Assembly: GCA_964016885.1 (NCBI GenBank)
Contig: OZ024751.1
Span: forward strand, 38,874,001-38,938,000
Direction: 5' to 3'
Source of the DNA: Eledone cirrhosa
Taxonomy: Eukaryota
Length of the DNA stretch: 64,000 nucleotides
A program made the position numbers and the translations under genes. Shown here piece after piece: positions 28,001 through 43,499 of this stretch. Numbering within the stretch: the first letter of the stretch is position 1; each line of letters begins with the position of its first letter. Under the pieces are notes generated by a model. That model was not told the DNA's origin. It saw only the letters and a list, made by a program, of their open reading frames with translations, and made no database searches.

Positions 28001-29011
28001 GTTGATTAATATTAAGAAAAATTAATAATACGAAGAGTTAAAATTTGAGACTTGAAAATTCAAGTATAAAATTCATTGTGGGATTTCATAGCAGTTTTCA
28101 TCTAGGTAGCAACAACAGGTTGACTGCTGTGTCCCTTTCTGGTATAAGAACCAGTATATAGTATAAGAACGAGTGACAAAGATTTAATTTATATATATTT
28201 ATTTTCTTAATTAATTAAAACTTGGTAATAAAAACACGTATATGCCATTAGCCATACTTCATTCTACAAAGTTTAATTAGAGATTTAAGGCAACGAAGCT
28301 TTTGAGAAAATATTTAAAATAAAATGATAAACTGTCCTTCTGTCACTTTGCAGCTCTGTTACAGATACCCATAAAAATAAGAGTGCAATTAAATTTTTGT
28401 AAGATTTAATTTAATCGTAATAGTTATTGATACATAATCTAAAAAGAGTCGAATTTGTATTTAAAAAAAAAAATGAAATAAAAAGTAAAATGTTCTTCAT
28501 TTCTTGTATCTTCAATATCATTTTTTTAAAAACTTCATCTCTTTCTATTAATTTCTATTTTGAAGACCAATTATTCATACACTATCGTGTTTTCCGATAA
28601 TTTTTTGAATATTGATTTGCCCAGGTGTTAATCCGATCAGTGATCAAAGTAACAGTTTTGTGACACTTAGAAAATCAATGGAAATCACTTCGAGGAAAAA
28701 GATATTTCTAGGAAGCTGAAAAAAAAAAATAATCAGGCGATATGGTTAACTTCAGTGTGTAATGGATATATATATATGTATGTGTATATGCATGTGTGTA
28801 TATTTATGTATGTGTGCATTTGCATATGTATGTTTGTGTATGGGTGTATGTTTGTTCGTACGTGTGTATGTGTGTATGTTGTCATGGATGGGAAGACTGA
28901 TATGTAAGGCTAAATAGAATTTTGGAATTAGATTAATGAGAAAATTTAAACTTAATGTTGTGGTTTGCATGCATTTCCATATTGATTGTCATGTCCCTTG
29001 GAATATTATAT

Positions 29012-29140
29012 ATAATTGTTTCTACTTTAGACACATGGCCAACAATTCTGGGGGAGAGGACAGTTGAAAAATTCGACCCCAGTGCGTTACTGGCGCTTAA
29101 TTTATCGACTACGTAATGATGAAAGGCAAAGCTAACATGA
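29012..29140 (-). mobile_element. SINE family 1, longer subfamily, 3' part
   Basis: ttgtttctactttagacacatggcc..tcgaccccagtgcgttactgg..gatgaaaggcaaagctaac. Confidence 0.8.
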
Positions 29141-30116
29141 TTTAGAAGTAGGGAAATCTCAATTAATTTCAATATCCTTATTCCTCCTCATTCTCTCCCC
29201 TCGTTCTGTCTCCTCCTGGAATTGCATCAATCAGGATGTTACCCTTATTTACATAACTTTACTAAACGGATTTAATGCAGTGAATTGCCAGAGGCAACGG
29301 AGCGTCGGGGTATGTGTCTGTTCCTTCTCTCTGTGAAGCATGTTAGGAAACATTTTTGCCTTTTATCATTGCAAAGCCCCAATAGTGATGTTCTTGTTTG
29401 CCGGAGTTGTTAAAGAATCAAACAATAGGATTTATCGTATCTGGTACGGGTTTGCTTGATCTATGTGCAAATCCCACCTCCCATTAAGAGCTGTAAACGA
29501 CAGACATTATCAGCCATGGAAACAAAGTGTTTGGTCTGATCTAACGTTCGACTTCTTGCATTATTTTTCTTAATAAAAGACTACGGACAGTAGATGAATT
29601 CTTAGTAAATTATTTCATACATCAGACATGTAAAGAAAAATAATACAATATCAAAGTGAATAGAAGGGGAAATTTTGGAGATATGTTTCCTCAATGTCAA
29701 GAGTTAAGCACTGCATCTGTTTTCTAATGCAACATTCCGACCTGTTTTGTTCAATTAATTTTGATATGGAATATGATATTGAAATCTCTGTTATATATTT
29801 TGACTTTAAAACCGCTTGTCGGCTCTCATTATGTTATTTTATCTATAATATTTGTAAGAGAGGGGGAGATATGTATATGAGGACAACTTGTTGTACAGCT
29901 ATGTGATTTCTCTTATCGTTGATCTATGAAACTTCTTTATGGTCTACGTATGAATTTTTCAGCTAGTTATATATCTATATAATACGCAAGTTATTTGGTT
30001 TGTCTTCGAACAATGTCTCTCTCTCTCATTTCTCATGTAATATGCATGTGAGAATAATCTATGAATGAAAACTCCGATATTTAGCGCTCTTGATACGTGT
30101 ATATATATATATATAT

Positions 30117-30151
30117 AGGAAAATGTTTGACCCCGACGGCAGAGCTCAAGC
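30117..30151. mobile_element. Truncated arm of foldback family A
   Basis: aggaaaatgtttgaccccgacggcagagctcaagc directly after (TA)n, with the same junction as the other copies. Confidence 0.75.
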
Positions 30152-33100
30152 TATTTTACAATTAATGGTAGTATTTTCGGTCGTAATAGATTCATTATAC
30201 AATAAATAAACACAATACCAGCTTACAACAGCCTTTAGCTGCTTGGAATCAAAGTCTGCTATTTCTTTCAGACCTCGCAGTGACAGTACAAGAAGTGAAC
30301 CACCTATCCAATAGTTTGTTTTCCTGTGTCTAATCAACCCTCATGCTTGTGATTTCGTTTACTCATTAATTATAAGATTCGTTGACGTAAGCGGTCACTG
30401 CAATTTAAGATTATCGAGAATTTCCATGAATTTTAGCCATGAATTCAATTTATCCAGCAGCGTCCTTTACAGAGATGAAATTTTATTTATCATCTGCTCA
30501 ACGCATTGGAAATGACTATAATCAATGACCCTCTGCATATTTGCGATTTCGAAAAGTTTATGTTCACTTATTCTATCAACTAGTTTATCGTTGATAAAGT
30601 TGTAATGAATTTAAACATATTCTGTGTGAATAGTGATTTGTAGTGTTGGCGGCGGTGTTATTTTTACTCGAGAAATTGTTAACAGTAAATATGCGTTTGA
30701 AATCAAAGGCAACGGAGAGGAGTCCCAGCTAAATCAAGTCAATAAATCTTATGAGGTTTAAATACACAACAATTCTCCGATATACGACTAGCTAAATGTC
30801 AACAGAAGGGCACCTAGGAGTCATGAGCTTGATGTAGCCCAACCCCTCAGCTCTCCTGATTATTTCTTACCACTATATTACTGAAAAATAATTTGGATGT
30901 ACTATTTCTTGAATATATATATGTGATAATCACTTAGATACGAAAAATACTCAGATCATTACAGTTAGGCTAGTTGTATGGCTTCTCTCCAACATATGTA
31001 CTTTACCAAGAGCAAAAGCCTTCGACAAACCCAGTACCATTCGAACTAAGATATCGTAGCGTTGAAAGTGTAAATATTGTAATACATTATAGGCTGATGT
31101 TATACCGTGTCAACTATCTTCCTTACTCTCTCTTTTTTTAATAAAAACAATGCATTTTTTAATATTACGAAATCCTATTAGCATGCTGTGATTTTTGAAT
31201 AAAAATCTTAAAGATAAAAGAAAAAAGAAAAAAGAAAATACTGTTTGTGTCAATGAAGGTTGAATTGTGTTTATATGAATATTTTTCTTTCGCTAATTAA
31301 TCATATTTATACTTTCACTGGCAATGGAATTTGTTCTTAAAATAAAACATAAAAAGTAACTGTTACTAGTGTTTTCGATGAAAGGATTACATTAAGGGCT
31401 GTGATTAATCTCTGCCGGCATCGTTAAGACGGGAGTCTACTTAAATTCAACTATAAATTACCGACCAGTATCATCGTTAAACATCTTATTTCATCGTATC
31501 AAACTGCTAATTCTTCAAACTTAAATACACCTTTGCGTGTTTCTTGAGCACTGAAGGACTGATTAATCGATAATTAAAACGGAGGCTGCTTTTGCCGAGA
31601 TTTCCATTAACAATGAAGATAAATTGTGTGGTTGAGTTAATCAACTTGAAGGAGTAAAAAGATAACTGAAGTTATTTAAAGAGATATTTTACGAAAGTAT
31701 AATGGAAACATTCTCATCCAGATAGCTTTATTATATTCATCTTACATTATCATTAGATTATGTGAGTTCTCGTTTTTCCTCTGTTTAATTTACTATTCTA
31801 ATATTTAGATTAGGATTGTATCCATTCTGCTAGCAACAGAGTAGTCGGCTTTATCGCCCCTTCTTCTAAGTGCCGCCACTTGTCCAAGGATGAATAGATA
31901 AACCTTATTAAACTAGTGTATCTAACTATAAACCAAATCTTTACGAACTACTGTCTGATAGTAGATAATTTATTTCAGCAAAACGCACACAAACACCTGT
32001 AATTTTGATTTTAAACACTTTACTTTGAAAATTAAATTAAGCATTTATTGTATAACTAAGTGACAACTTTACAATCAAGTACAGATATATATCCGTTGCA
32101 TACACTTATCGTCACCACACTTTGTTTGCCAACGACCTCCTGCTACTTCCTTGGTTTTAGTCAGACTCCTGCATCTCCCAGTATACCAAGACGGCAGTAG
32201 CACTCATTCAAGTAATCAGTCATATAACCAAACACAGGATGATGATGTAAATGGCTGATGTTCGTGTCAGTAATGCTTACCACACATATTTTCAGTGTTA
32301 AACGAGATTTCACTCGGAATTCTCTAAAGGGGAGCTCTTCTTCTATCTCAGAGAGGGCTAAGGTGTTTTATTTTCAGTTCGTAGTGTCTGCAGCAGAGAA
32401 TCATGTATTTCTCCTTGGTTCTCCGGACTACAAACGTATATACCAGCTATACCTCACTTTTACACGCTTATCAGTAACCTACAAATGCTTCATTTTAATC
32501 AAATCAAGATTACATTATTTTGGTGTTAAATTACTTGCTACAGCCCCCTATGAAAGCAGTGCGCGGCCCTATCACAGACCTGCTCCCAGGCGAGGTCCAT
32601 GTCTGTCAGGAACTATACACTGATCACAACTGGATCTTGTCAAGTCTGCTACGCTTTCTATTCCCCACCCTTCCAGGTTTCCAGTCGTGAGGAGATTTCA
32701 CTAGTCTGTATTATAATCATATTCTATATTCATACAAGCGATTCAGTAGATAAAATGTGGATTGTATAACCAACAGTAAAGCGTTTATATCTGATAGTAT
32801 CCATGAGTACTTATATTTGTTTCTTTACAAAACACACATATCTAAACACAGGACAGATCTCATGGGATTGTTGTAATGTTCTTGTTGTTTTAGCAGTTTT
32901 TTAATACTGTCTTTAATTTTGTTCCAGTATAACGAATGTTTACACTCAACTATTAATATCTTCTTCTAGGAGCAGTCTGTTTTCTCTTTTGAACTATTTG
33001 GATACCGACTAATTAAACAGAGAAATTTCTGTTTGATACGGTATGTCTTGTACATGCAAGTATTATTGAACTTACGACCTTGAGCTTTTTTCTGGAATCC

Positions 33101-33873
33101 GATGAAATACTGAAATGATTTACGTGATATCCGACCTTTGATTTTCATGGCATTTACTTAAAGTATCCGGCTACAAATAAGATTTGCGTAACCAACAGGA
33201 TTTACATTTTTTATATTTCTTAAGTTTTAAAAATGTAAAATAAAAATATGGTTTTGAATTTTTTAGTAAAATATCACTTCAGGTCAAAGGTGTACATTTC
33301 TCCCGTCACAAAATATAGAAGAAAAAATATTTAATATTCAATTTTCTTTATAGAGGCTGACCAAAATAAAAAAACATGGTGGAAAACTGAAATACTTGAT
33401 GTTATGATGATAGAATGTGACACTAGATAGATTAAAAGAAAACCATGAGAGAGAGAGAGGAGGGAAGAAGGAGATGGCGAAGATACTACACTTTGATTAG
33501 ACGTTTGAAGAATTTCTTGTTTCATGTCATAATAAATTAACTTTTAGAATATTTATTGTTTTCTACGCATGCATGTTTTTTTATTCTTTTTTGTGTGTTG
33601 AACGGAAATTATTAAAATATGTTTTTTTTATATAATACAATTGCGTGATTCGAATTTTCCTGGGGTGTCTACGAAATCAGAATAACTTTTATGATTTTGT
33701 TTAATTTTAATTGTTTGTGACTTTATTGTTTGGGTGTAAATAAGATGGACTGAAGGAGTGCGTGAACCTTATGGATTGGAACACATAATGTAAATATCTT
33801 TAATTTATGTAAGATATTTGAAATGATATATAAGGGCAAGAGAGTTAGCTGAGTAGAGAAAGAGTGGAGTGAT

Positions 33874-33925
<52 letters not shown>

Positions 33926-33977
33926 ATAGACAGATAGAAAGACACCTAGACAGAGGGATATACACACACACGCACAC

Positions 33978-34010
<33 letters not shown>

Positions 34011-35157
34011 TTGGGAAATATTTATATTTATGTGTGTGGTAAAGGAATATACAAATGCGTTATATTAAACAAACCTAAGGTATGATATACATATATCCGC
34101 ACAAAAGCTTCATATAACCGATGGGGATCTCATCTATATAGATATGATTCATATACCTCATGATCTCTTATATTTACCTGCTGTCCACATATTAGTGTTT
34201 GCTAGTTATATAATATTATTAGAACATACTATCTACATATATACAATATAAATGGAAGAATGTACTTGAATGGCTTCCCATTACCTAGTTCTGTACACTT
34301 ATTAGACTACACTAAGAACGGTAAACAGAGGAAATGTTATTCCATATACTTAGAAGCCACTACAATTCTCTGTGTAAAGGCACGTGACCTAATGGTAAGG
34401 GTGTTGCACTTACGATAATTATAGCGTTTCAATTTTTTCGATAGAAATAGGGAAAACGAATAAAGTCATGGACATGTCTATACCTATTATAAACATGAAA
34501 AAAAGGAATAACTATCAAAGCAATATGTGCCAGATATGCAAATTAATATTTAAACATTATGAATAGCTTTAATTAATTGATTGATTTTGAAATATATCGA
34601 CATATTTATTTATTTATCGATACAGACATTTTGTAAATCTAAATATTTATTATTTGTTGGTGTTATTGAATGAGCTGTCGTGTGGTATTTACAAAATAAT
34701 GTTTTAAGTGTTCTATATATGTTCAAATCAGTATCGGAATCAGTACAGTTATTGTTGGTTAACTTTAATCAAATACCATTAATAGCATTTAAAAAGACAG
34801 ATAAAATATATTTCCTCTAACATCGCTTTAATTTTGAATACCGTTTCAAAAATTATATATATGAAAAGTAAGTGATCAAATGCTGATAGCTTAATGACGG
34901 GAAATATATATATGATGTAGAATTATGTTTTACTTTAGTAACTGATGAAGATAGAATTAATCGGACATGATTTTTTTTTTTCAAAAATGTTAGATTAGTA
35001 TATATTGAAAAGCAATAAAATGGACATATGAAAAATGTAATTCGCAATATTTATATAATTTTTACTCAAAATTTGCCTTGTTCTCTGTTTAATTCATGCT
35101 CTCCTTTTACTTTGGGAGTTGTACACCCCAAATACAACCCCCCCCCCATAAGTTATG

Positions 35158-35195
<38 letters not shown>

Positions 35196-35769
35196 AATGT
35201 GTGAATGTTGGTATGTATGGAGGTATATATGCATGTGACTTGTGTATGCTTTCTCTTTAAATATGTACATATGAGTATAGACATAGACAATTGCCATCAG
35301 CGTTATTTTACGTGCACTTTCAAATCCAGCAAGGGTCGGGTGAATCGTTTCAGACCAGATTATTACGAAATTAGGATCACCAAGACAAGTTCAGTGTCAC
35401 GTCTCACGTACATATATTCCATCTCTGGCAAGATTTCCATTGCTGCTTAGCTTTCTTAACACCAGCCACGTCCCAATTTGTACTGGATAAAATTTAGCAT
35501 GGCACTAGGGAGATTTTCATTGCATATCAACATTTTATATGGATTAGGTTTCTATAGTTGGAAAGGATTTCTAGCGCTAGGAATAGGCGGCCAGAAACAA
35601 AAGCATGGATTGCGTTTGCAGAGGTTTCAAATATCTTCTCACTTCTTTCTATAATCGTTGCAATGTTCACAGGACTTACTGATAAAAGTTATTATTATAT
35701 GCACTTCGAAGGACATTACTGGAGAGGTACGCAAACCTTGTAGAGATACAGAGGAAGAATCTACAAAAG

Positions 35770-35915
35770 TACTAGACTGGTAAATGTTTATTGACCTCAA
35801 AATGCTGCAAAGCTGAGTTGACCATGATAGGATTTGAACTCAGAGATCAGAGAACCGAAACGAATAAGGTAAAGCATTCTATCCGACTTTCTACCGTCTC
35901 TGCCAATTCGCCGCC
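35770..35915 (-). mobile_element. Degraded SINE family 1-related copy
   Basis: ggatttgaactcaga (box B reverse complement) .. ctaccgtctctgccaattcgccgcc (head reverse complement). Confidence 0.7.
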
Positions 35916-37331
35916 TATGCTCTTTTTACCTTATTTTACTATAATAGATCGTCCACTAACAATACAGATAATTACTTAATTGATTTAGGATTCCTCAAAA
36001 ACTATTAGAATGTTATTTGTTCAAATATCACTTTACAAAATGTTTAGCTACAACATTTTCGATTTTATCCAATATCTTATACATCCAATTGCAACGATAT
36101 GTTTGAATTATTTTGACAGTACACTGTAATAAGGCTCCATAGTTGATCCTAGAGAAAAGAGAGAGAAGATTATTTCCATTACGGAAAACATTATTAGCTT
36201 GTCTCGGGGGTGCGAGGGGAGGTAAGAAAATGCAAACATAAAAATGGAATAAAATGATAATAATAAACAACAATGTTTCTCCTTGTATCTTTGAAGCGTA
36301 TAAGCTAATTGGATCAATTTGATTAACTACATCCATCGAAATTCATCGTTGAATAGGTCTCAAGAGAGATGTGTATATGACATAACTATGCCTGTATTTA
36401 TGGGTCTATACGCTGTACAGCGAGAGATACAAATTTATCAGAATTCAAGTTCCATAAGAATAATAATTAATAGTTATTCCGGCTATTTATCAATTTATTC
36501 ATTTATTCATTTATCTATGTATCTGTTTATCTATCTATGTATCTATCTATACAATTTCACTTCAAAGTAAAGTGCTGTAGGATGAATAATCGAGAGATCC
36601 AGGCTAGGAAGATGAATTGAACGCAAATTGCAAACAGTTCATCTGCGGGAGGAAAATAGAAGAATGAATTGCATTAGAGTAATTGTGCTGAATTTATATC
36701 ATTTGTTTGACTGGCTTACATGATATAGATGCCTTGGATGCCATACTTATTGACCTAGGGGCTCTAATCAGGCTTCCTTTGACCCTGAAATTATTAACTT
36801 CTTTTTAATCTATCATTTAATGTATTCCGACAAAACCCCCATTGCCCAAGCAGGGTTCGTTAAGGAATTTAAATCAGGAAAATTACAAAGTATTTTTAAT
36901 GCTAATTTCATTAAGACATCAACAATAACCGAATCAACATGCCACAATGCTCACTGACTCCTACCAGCAGCAACAAAATAATTAAAAGCATTAATAATAC
37001 TAATAACAACAATACCTTCGTCTCAAATTGAATAAGCTCATAACAACAACAACAACAATAATAATAACCACCGCTTAAATTACACGATACCGCTTCAACA
37101 GCAGCGTTTCTATGATTAGATATTTTAGCTCGAAAAAGAATCCCTAGTCTTTCTTACATCATCCCGCAATATCATCCTCGGCATCGTAGCTAGTACGTCT
37201 TTCTCTACATTAAATGTACATGTGATTAACAAATAGTAATAACAATACACATAATAAAAATAGCAATAATATATATACATATATATATATAGAGATTTCA
37301 TTTCTCACTCTTAGTACGGCTGATACATACT

Positions 37332-37376
<45 letters not shown>

Positions 37377-37387
37377 TTATATGCATA

Positions 37388-37420
<33 letters not shown>

Positions 37421-37515
37421 TTATTTATTAAACAGTGAGTTTGTTCTGTTATTAATTCTGGCAATATTACACAAATATGACCCTCCCCAAGTATAACAAT
37501 ATGTATTTATATATA

Positions 37516-37550
<35 letters not shown>

Positions 37551-37553
<3 letters not shown>

Positions 37554-37741
37554 AACCAGTAAGACCCCGACAGCTGAGCTCAAGCCGTTTCGACGGCTAA
37601 TTCTGATCCAGAATTAGCCGTCGAAACGGCTTGAGCTCAGCTGTCGGGGTCTTACTGGTTCCTATTACCCACTCTACTACCCCACGTATTGAGTACTTTG
37701 GTGCGTTATGGTCCACCTGGTTCCTTACCACATTTCCTTCG

Positions 37742-37744
<3 letters not shown>
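37551..37744 (+). mobile_element. Foldback family A, copy 2 (perfect 55-bp arms, 3-nt loop, ~80-nt tail)
   Basis: 37551-37605 is the exact reverse complement of 37609-37663. (TA)n on both sides. Confidence 0.92.
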
Positions 37745-37817
<73 letters not shown>

Positions 37818-38164
37818 ATAATGATGGCTGCGCGTTGCAAATGGTGGTGCATATGAAAAAGTAAGTCCTTCATCAGTGACCCTCCAACCGTCCCAGGCAT
37901 TTCATCGCTTTAAGGGCCATATGCCTCAGATTGGTGCGAACAACGACTAAAAAAAGTCGTTGGGACACGTAAATAAAGGGGACGTTAGGGTAACAAACAA
38001 AATGGTTTAAGCAACGGAAAGTGAGAAGAAATAGTCAAATCCCAGATCTCTATGAATATAAACTCGGTGAAATCGTGAACAAGAGACAAAAGACCATCAA
38101 ACCTGGTTGAAATGTGAGCAAGGAAGGAATTTCGCACAGGTCTGACGGGGGGGGGGAAGAAAAG

Positions 38165-38212
38165 GAAGAAGAAGAAGAAGAAGAAGAAGAAGAAGAAGAA
38201 GAAGAAGAAGAA
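38165..38212. repeat. (GAA)n microsatellite
   Basis: Direct reading. Confidence 0.95.
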
Positions 38213-38363
38213 GGGGTCTGGTCTACGAATTCGGTAAACATAAGTTTTGTGAAGTCGCAGACGAAAGAGAGAGAGAAAAAAATTCCATACCAGCTTGACC
38301 AGGAACGCGCGAGAAAAGAATTACACACAGGTCAAACTTGAAGGAGGAGGAGAAATATATATA

Positions 38364-38395
<32 letters not shown>

Positions 38396-38477
38396 CTTAT
38401 TTATATATATATATATATTTATTTATATATATGCATATATATATATATATGTGTGTGTGTATATATACACATATATG

Positions 38478-38552
<75 letters not shown>

Positions 38553-38615
38553 ATAACCCAAATAATATTTTTCATTTAAACAATTTCAAAAGCCAACTAC
38601 GATATTAATAATAAC

Positions 38616-38795
38616 TGTTTCTACTTTAGGCACAAGGCCAGCAATTACCCAGTGCATTACTGGTACTTTATTTTATCAACCCCGTAAGGATGAAAGGCAA
38701 AGTCAACCTCAGCGGGATTTGAACTAAGACCGTAAAGGGACGTAACTATGCTGGAAAGCATGGCGTCCGACCCTCTACCGATACTGCCAATCCAC
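38616..38795 (-). mobile_element. SINE family 1 with 9-bp TSD
   Basis: Near-consensus copy; aataataac at 38607-38615 and 38796-38804. Confidence 0.95.
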
Positions 38796-38896
38796 AATAA
38801 TAACAATAACCTCCACCATCCACATACACACACACACACACACATACACGTACATACGTGCACACGCACACACATACACACACACAGACACACACA

Positions 38897-38945
<49 letters not shown>

Positions 38946-40157
38946 ACACATACCCCCCCACACACACACCATTGAACATTATCATCTCTGTTAATAACCG
39001 TTGGTAACTTTATTATCAAGACCAATATTAACATTTTCATAATCATCATCATCTTGTCATCAATACAGTCAGTCATGAAATGAACATGTAAACCCTCCTT
39101 CCATTCTGTATACTCTCCTTCCTTCTATACTGATAGCTGTAAACCAAAGTTTGAAAAATTGCTAAATTCTATGAAAGAAATGACGCATCCGTCTTCAGAT
39201 TTACGTGTTCGTAATTTTCTAAATCACAGTAGGTTTCTAAAATGGATATCTCTTCATGATTGAGAGGAATCATTCGGCTAGCTAGAGATATGATCAAATA
39301 TCCCTCAAATTAAAAGCCACAAGCCTCAAACAGTTTTTGATACGACTGTTTCCCTCATATGTATCTTACTCAGATAATGTGCCTGGGTATTTAGCGCCCT
39401 ACACTAATAAGATGTGCCTACCTTCTCCTAGTTAACTAAAATAATATCAAGCTCATGAACATAACTTTTTATATTTCTTTCACTGATCGCTCTAAGAAAA
39501 TAACTACCCTTGCATTATCCTCTACTCCGTCCACAGAATCCTATAACAAACGATGTTACCTGCTTTAATACCATATAACTACACATAGTTTTGAATATTT
39601 CGACAACGCTGTTACTTGACAAGTATGTTTATCAATATATTGTTGCCTAGAATTTATTATAAATTTGTAAACAATTGATATTATAATTTTAAAGTAATTC
39701 TACACCCTGATATCTCTACCCTAGGCAAAGGAACATAAAGCCGGCTTAACGCTCATGGAAGAGAATTTCATAGAGAAGCATCCATATTTTCTACGTTAGT
39801 AATCATTCTGGGTCTATTAAATATTGCCACCCACTAATAAACCATTGGCTCTAGGCGGGTTGCTAGTCCGCTTTAAGCTAGTGCACGTCATATTCTTACT
39901 ATTACATTAAATATGTTCCAATGTCTGATATAATATCTGCTGTTCTACTTATGTAAGTAATTTGTCCATTAATCGCTTGAAGATCCTATCAGTTAATCTT
40001 GTATTATAAATGTATATTGGGGAATATTACTTCAGTAAAATGTATACCGTATGATTAATGTTAATGTATATTGATTCAGAGTGAATAATATATAATTTTA
40101 CGGCATATAGTGAAACTACGTGTAATATAACAAGCATTCAAGCACGACACCCCCACC

Positions 40158-40306
<149 letters not shown>

Positions 40307-41397
40307 GCATATATATATATATATATACGCACACACAAACACACAGCGGTAATCAATGAAATCCTTATACCAATATACTGATTGATATATTAGAATGTTA
40401 AGTGTTTAAACTTGTGAGAATTTATTTTTTCCTTCAAAAGGAAAATAATTTTAAAAAACCATACACTCTCGCTGGCGATATAACGAGAAGTAGATGGAAA
40501 ACTAAATAAAGATAAACAGGGGAAAATACGAAACTAGCTCAATATCTAATAATGAATTTAGTACTATGGAAATCAATGTATCTGGAGAAAAGGATATACG
40601 TGAAGAGACTGATAAACAAGGAAAGTAAAATTTTAAAATGTAAATCATGTATTTTCCAGAAGTAAACCCGCCCACTAAAGGAAAGCGGATAATTAAAAGA
40701 GGGGGGACACAACAGAACAGTACATATATTATCAAGTCGAAAGAAATCATTAAGAAGCGAAACGGGAAAATGAGAGAAGAAAAAAAAAATGTGGAACATT
40801 GCAGTTAAGAATGAAATTATCAATCGTGCTTTGATTGTAGCATTTCGAATGAAATATACATATAACAAGCGAGAAAGACATTCATAACAAGAAGAACACC
40901 AAGGAAAAATAATATAGGCCTTCGCCTTCCCATCATTGAAAACAAAGCTGTAGGATTAAAAACAAGAAATGGCATGTGTCGAAACAAATAGAGATATATT
41001 GGTTGTTTAAAAATACAACAAAAGTATAATAAAATAAGATTCGAGGCTTTGTTAAGAAAGGAGAGAAAAAAATCAAGTATATAGCAAAATATATATTCAG
41101 TGTAGAGAATGAAGGAAATAATAGAAAAACGAACAAAGAGAAGGGAATGCAGCAGACAGTAAATGAATGACACATAACAAAGAAAATTAACAATCCCAAA
41201 TAGTAGAAAATAAATCATAGAGTATTGAAGAAAATCCTTCAGAAAATGGCCACCTTGTAAAAACTGATCATCTCTGTGTGTTTCGTTTATACGTGCTTAT
41301 AAGATTATATGGGAATATATTCATATTTATTAACATGTGCTCAAGAGAGGAGAGATTAAGTAAATGGAAAGAAAGTATTGGGGGGTGTAAGAGACAG

Positions 41398-41545
41398 GAT
41401 GAGATAGATAAAGGTAGGGTGAGATAGAGGGAGGGAGGGTGAGATAAAGGGAGGGAAGGTAAGATAAAGGGAGGGAGGGCGAGATATAGGGAAGGATGGT
41501 AAGATATAGGGAAGGGTGGTGAGATACAGAGGCGGTGTGAGATAG
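41398..41545. repeat. Purine-rich ~20-bp tandem repeat
   Basis: About 7 diverged units of ggtgagata(g/a)agggaggga. Confidence 0.75.
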
Positions 41546-42661
41546 ATGTTTTCACTTGATTTCCTTCATGTACCTAGTTTGTCGAATGGCAGGGTCGTTA
41601 GAACGTCGGGTTGAAAGTATCGCAATCTTCGTTCCATCTGTCTGCCTTCTCTGTGTTAAAACAATGCCGAGATCAATTTCACATTTTATTTTATCAAAAT
41701 CAATAAAAACAATACAATGGTCGATTCTTCCTACCTCTCACTCTACCCCTCAATCTGGAAGAAATCGGATGCATTCACAGATAAATAGGAGGTGCTCTTT
41801 CCCCGCTTCAAAGAGCCGAAGTCACATATCTCACAACGCTGCTCCTAGAAATCAATCAGGATTTACATGTCGATATATATTTTTTTATTGGTTCAGTTAT
41901 GTGTATATATGTGTGGTGTATGTGTGTGTGTATGTGTGCGGATGTATACGTTGGGATCCGTCTAAAATAATTCACTCAGGTTTTATGGAAGAAATTACTT
42001 GGCGAAATTACTGCGCGTTGAAATCGAACATGAAACCATGTTTTTGAAAGTCGGATATACGATACAAACCACAAAACATGTCCCGAGTTGCATCGTACAC
42101 AGTAATGATATTACTTCAATTATCTAAACTTAAACATGGTCAGTTTAAATTGATATGACCATTAATGCTATATCAAATGGGAAGAAATATAATTATGTAT
42201 TTTAATGATTTTACGAATTATTATATTAGATTTTACGCAGAGGGTTATTATTTTGAGAGGTAATATATATTTACATTTACACGAGTTAGAGTGACAGTTG
42301 CCAATGGTAACTCAAACGCTTCCATACACTCAATTACCATTCTTTAGTGTATTTATAATATCTCTTTAACAAATGTTTTATTATATTTTGTCCATTTCTT
42401 TCCCGGATTATATATTGTTATTAGTAAAACATTTACAATATAAATTGATACGACAACACAACCAATATTCACATTTTATGTGCGGTTTCCACATTTCACT
42501 CGTTTGCTATGAAGCAAATCAAATATTTAATCGGTCTAATTCATCTACATTTCAATATCATTCGGGCTTCATCGCAAATACGAATTTAAATTCACATCAA
42601 CAGACGTATACCCATACTGGTATCATCATTGTGCTTAATTCACACCCTTACACCCTCACAC

Positions 42662-42711
<50 letters not shown>

Positions 42712-42933
42712 TCATACATATATACATATGTATAAACATATATAATCGTACATATACATATAAATATATATATACACGCACACACACACACACATATATA
42801 TTTGTGTGTGTGTGTGTGCATATATGTATAGATGTGTGGCTATATGCTTATGTGTATGTGTGCCTGTGTACCACCTAGGAGGTGGGGGAAATTCTTTAGA
42901 AATAATGGTATTTTTCTACATTTGACTCTTGCT

Positions 42934-43030
<97 letters not shown>

Positions 43031-43419
43031 CTATACTACATTATTAAAAATATGTAGTCACACGGAGTATAGAACACATGTACACGTAGATGTACGCAAA
43101 TACAATTACGTTTCATTTTCATAAAATACCAATTCTGGTTCCTTTGAAATTCTTCCATTCACTTCCTGACTGATTATTTCTTGATGAGTTAGGCAATTTT
43201 CACTGTTGTAATTTCCCTTCCCTACCCAGCGTTTCCTATCCTCCATCCATCTTATCTTTAACAAAGATAATCTTTCCTACTCTTCATCTATACAATAATT
43301 CTCCTCATATTTTATTATCTTTTAAATCGAATGCCATCCCGACTATCCTACCATATCTATTGATTCATAAGTCTGTTGTCTTTCTTCACATCATATTCAC
43401 CATTCTATCTCTTTCTCTC

Positions 43420-43499
<80 letters not shown>

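Noticed and set aside
32100-32700. Higher-complexity segment with a 121-aa ORF, possible TE or exon
   Set aside because: No motif I can recognise in any frame; needs a homology search.
37551-37663. Family A hairpin as a pre-miRNA or rho-independent terminator
   Set aside because: Multi-copy with a shared tail and TA flanks, and arms are perfectly complementary; better explained as a mobile-element foldback, though small-RNA production is not excluded.
37822-37885. Minus-strand CTGATGA ... GCAACGCGCA as a hammerhead
   Set aside because: GAAA and UH are both altered and stems I/II are unconvincing; at most a heavily decayed relic.
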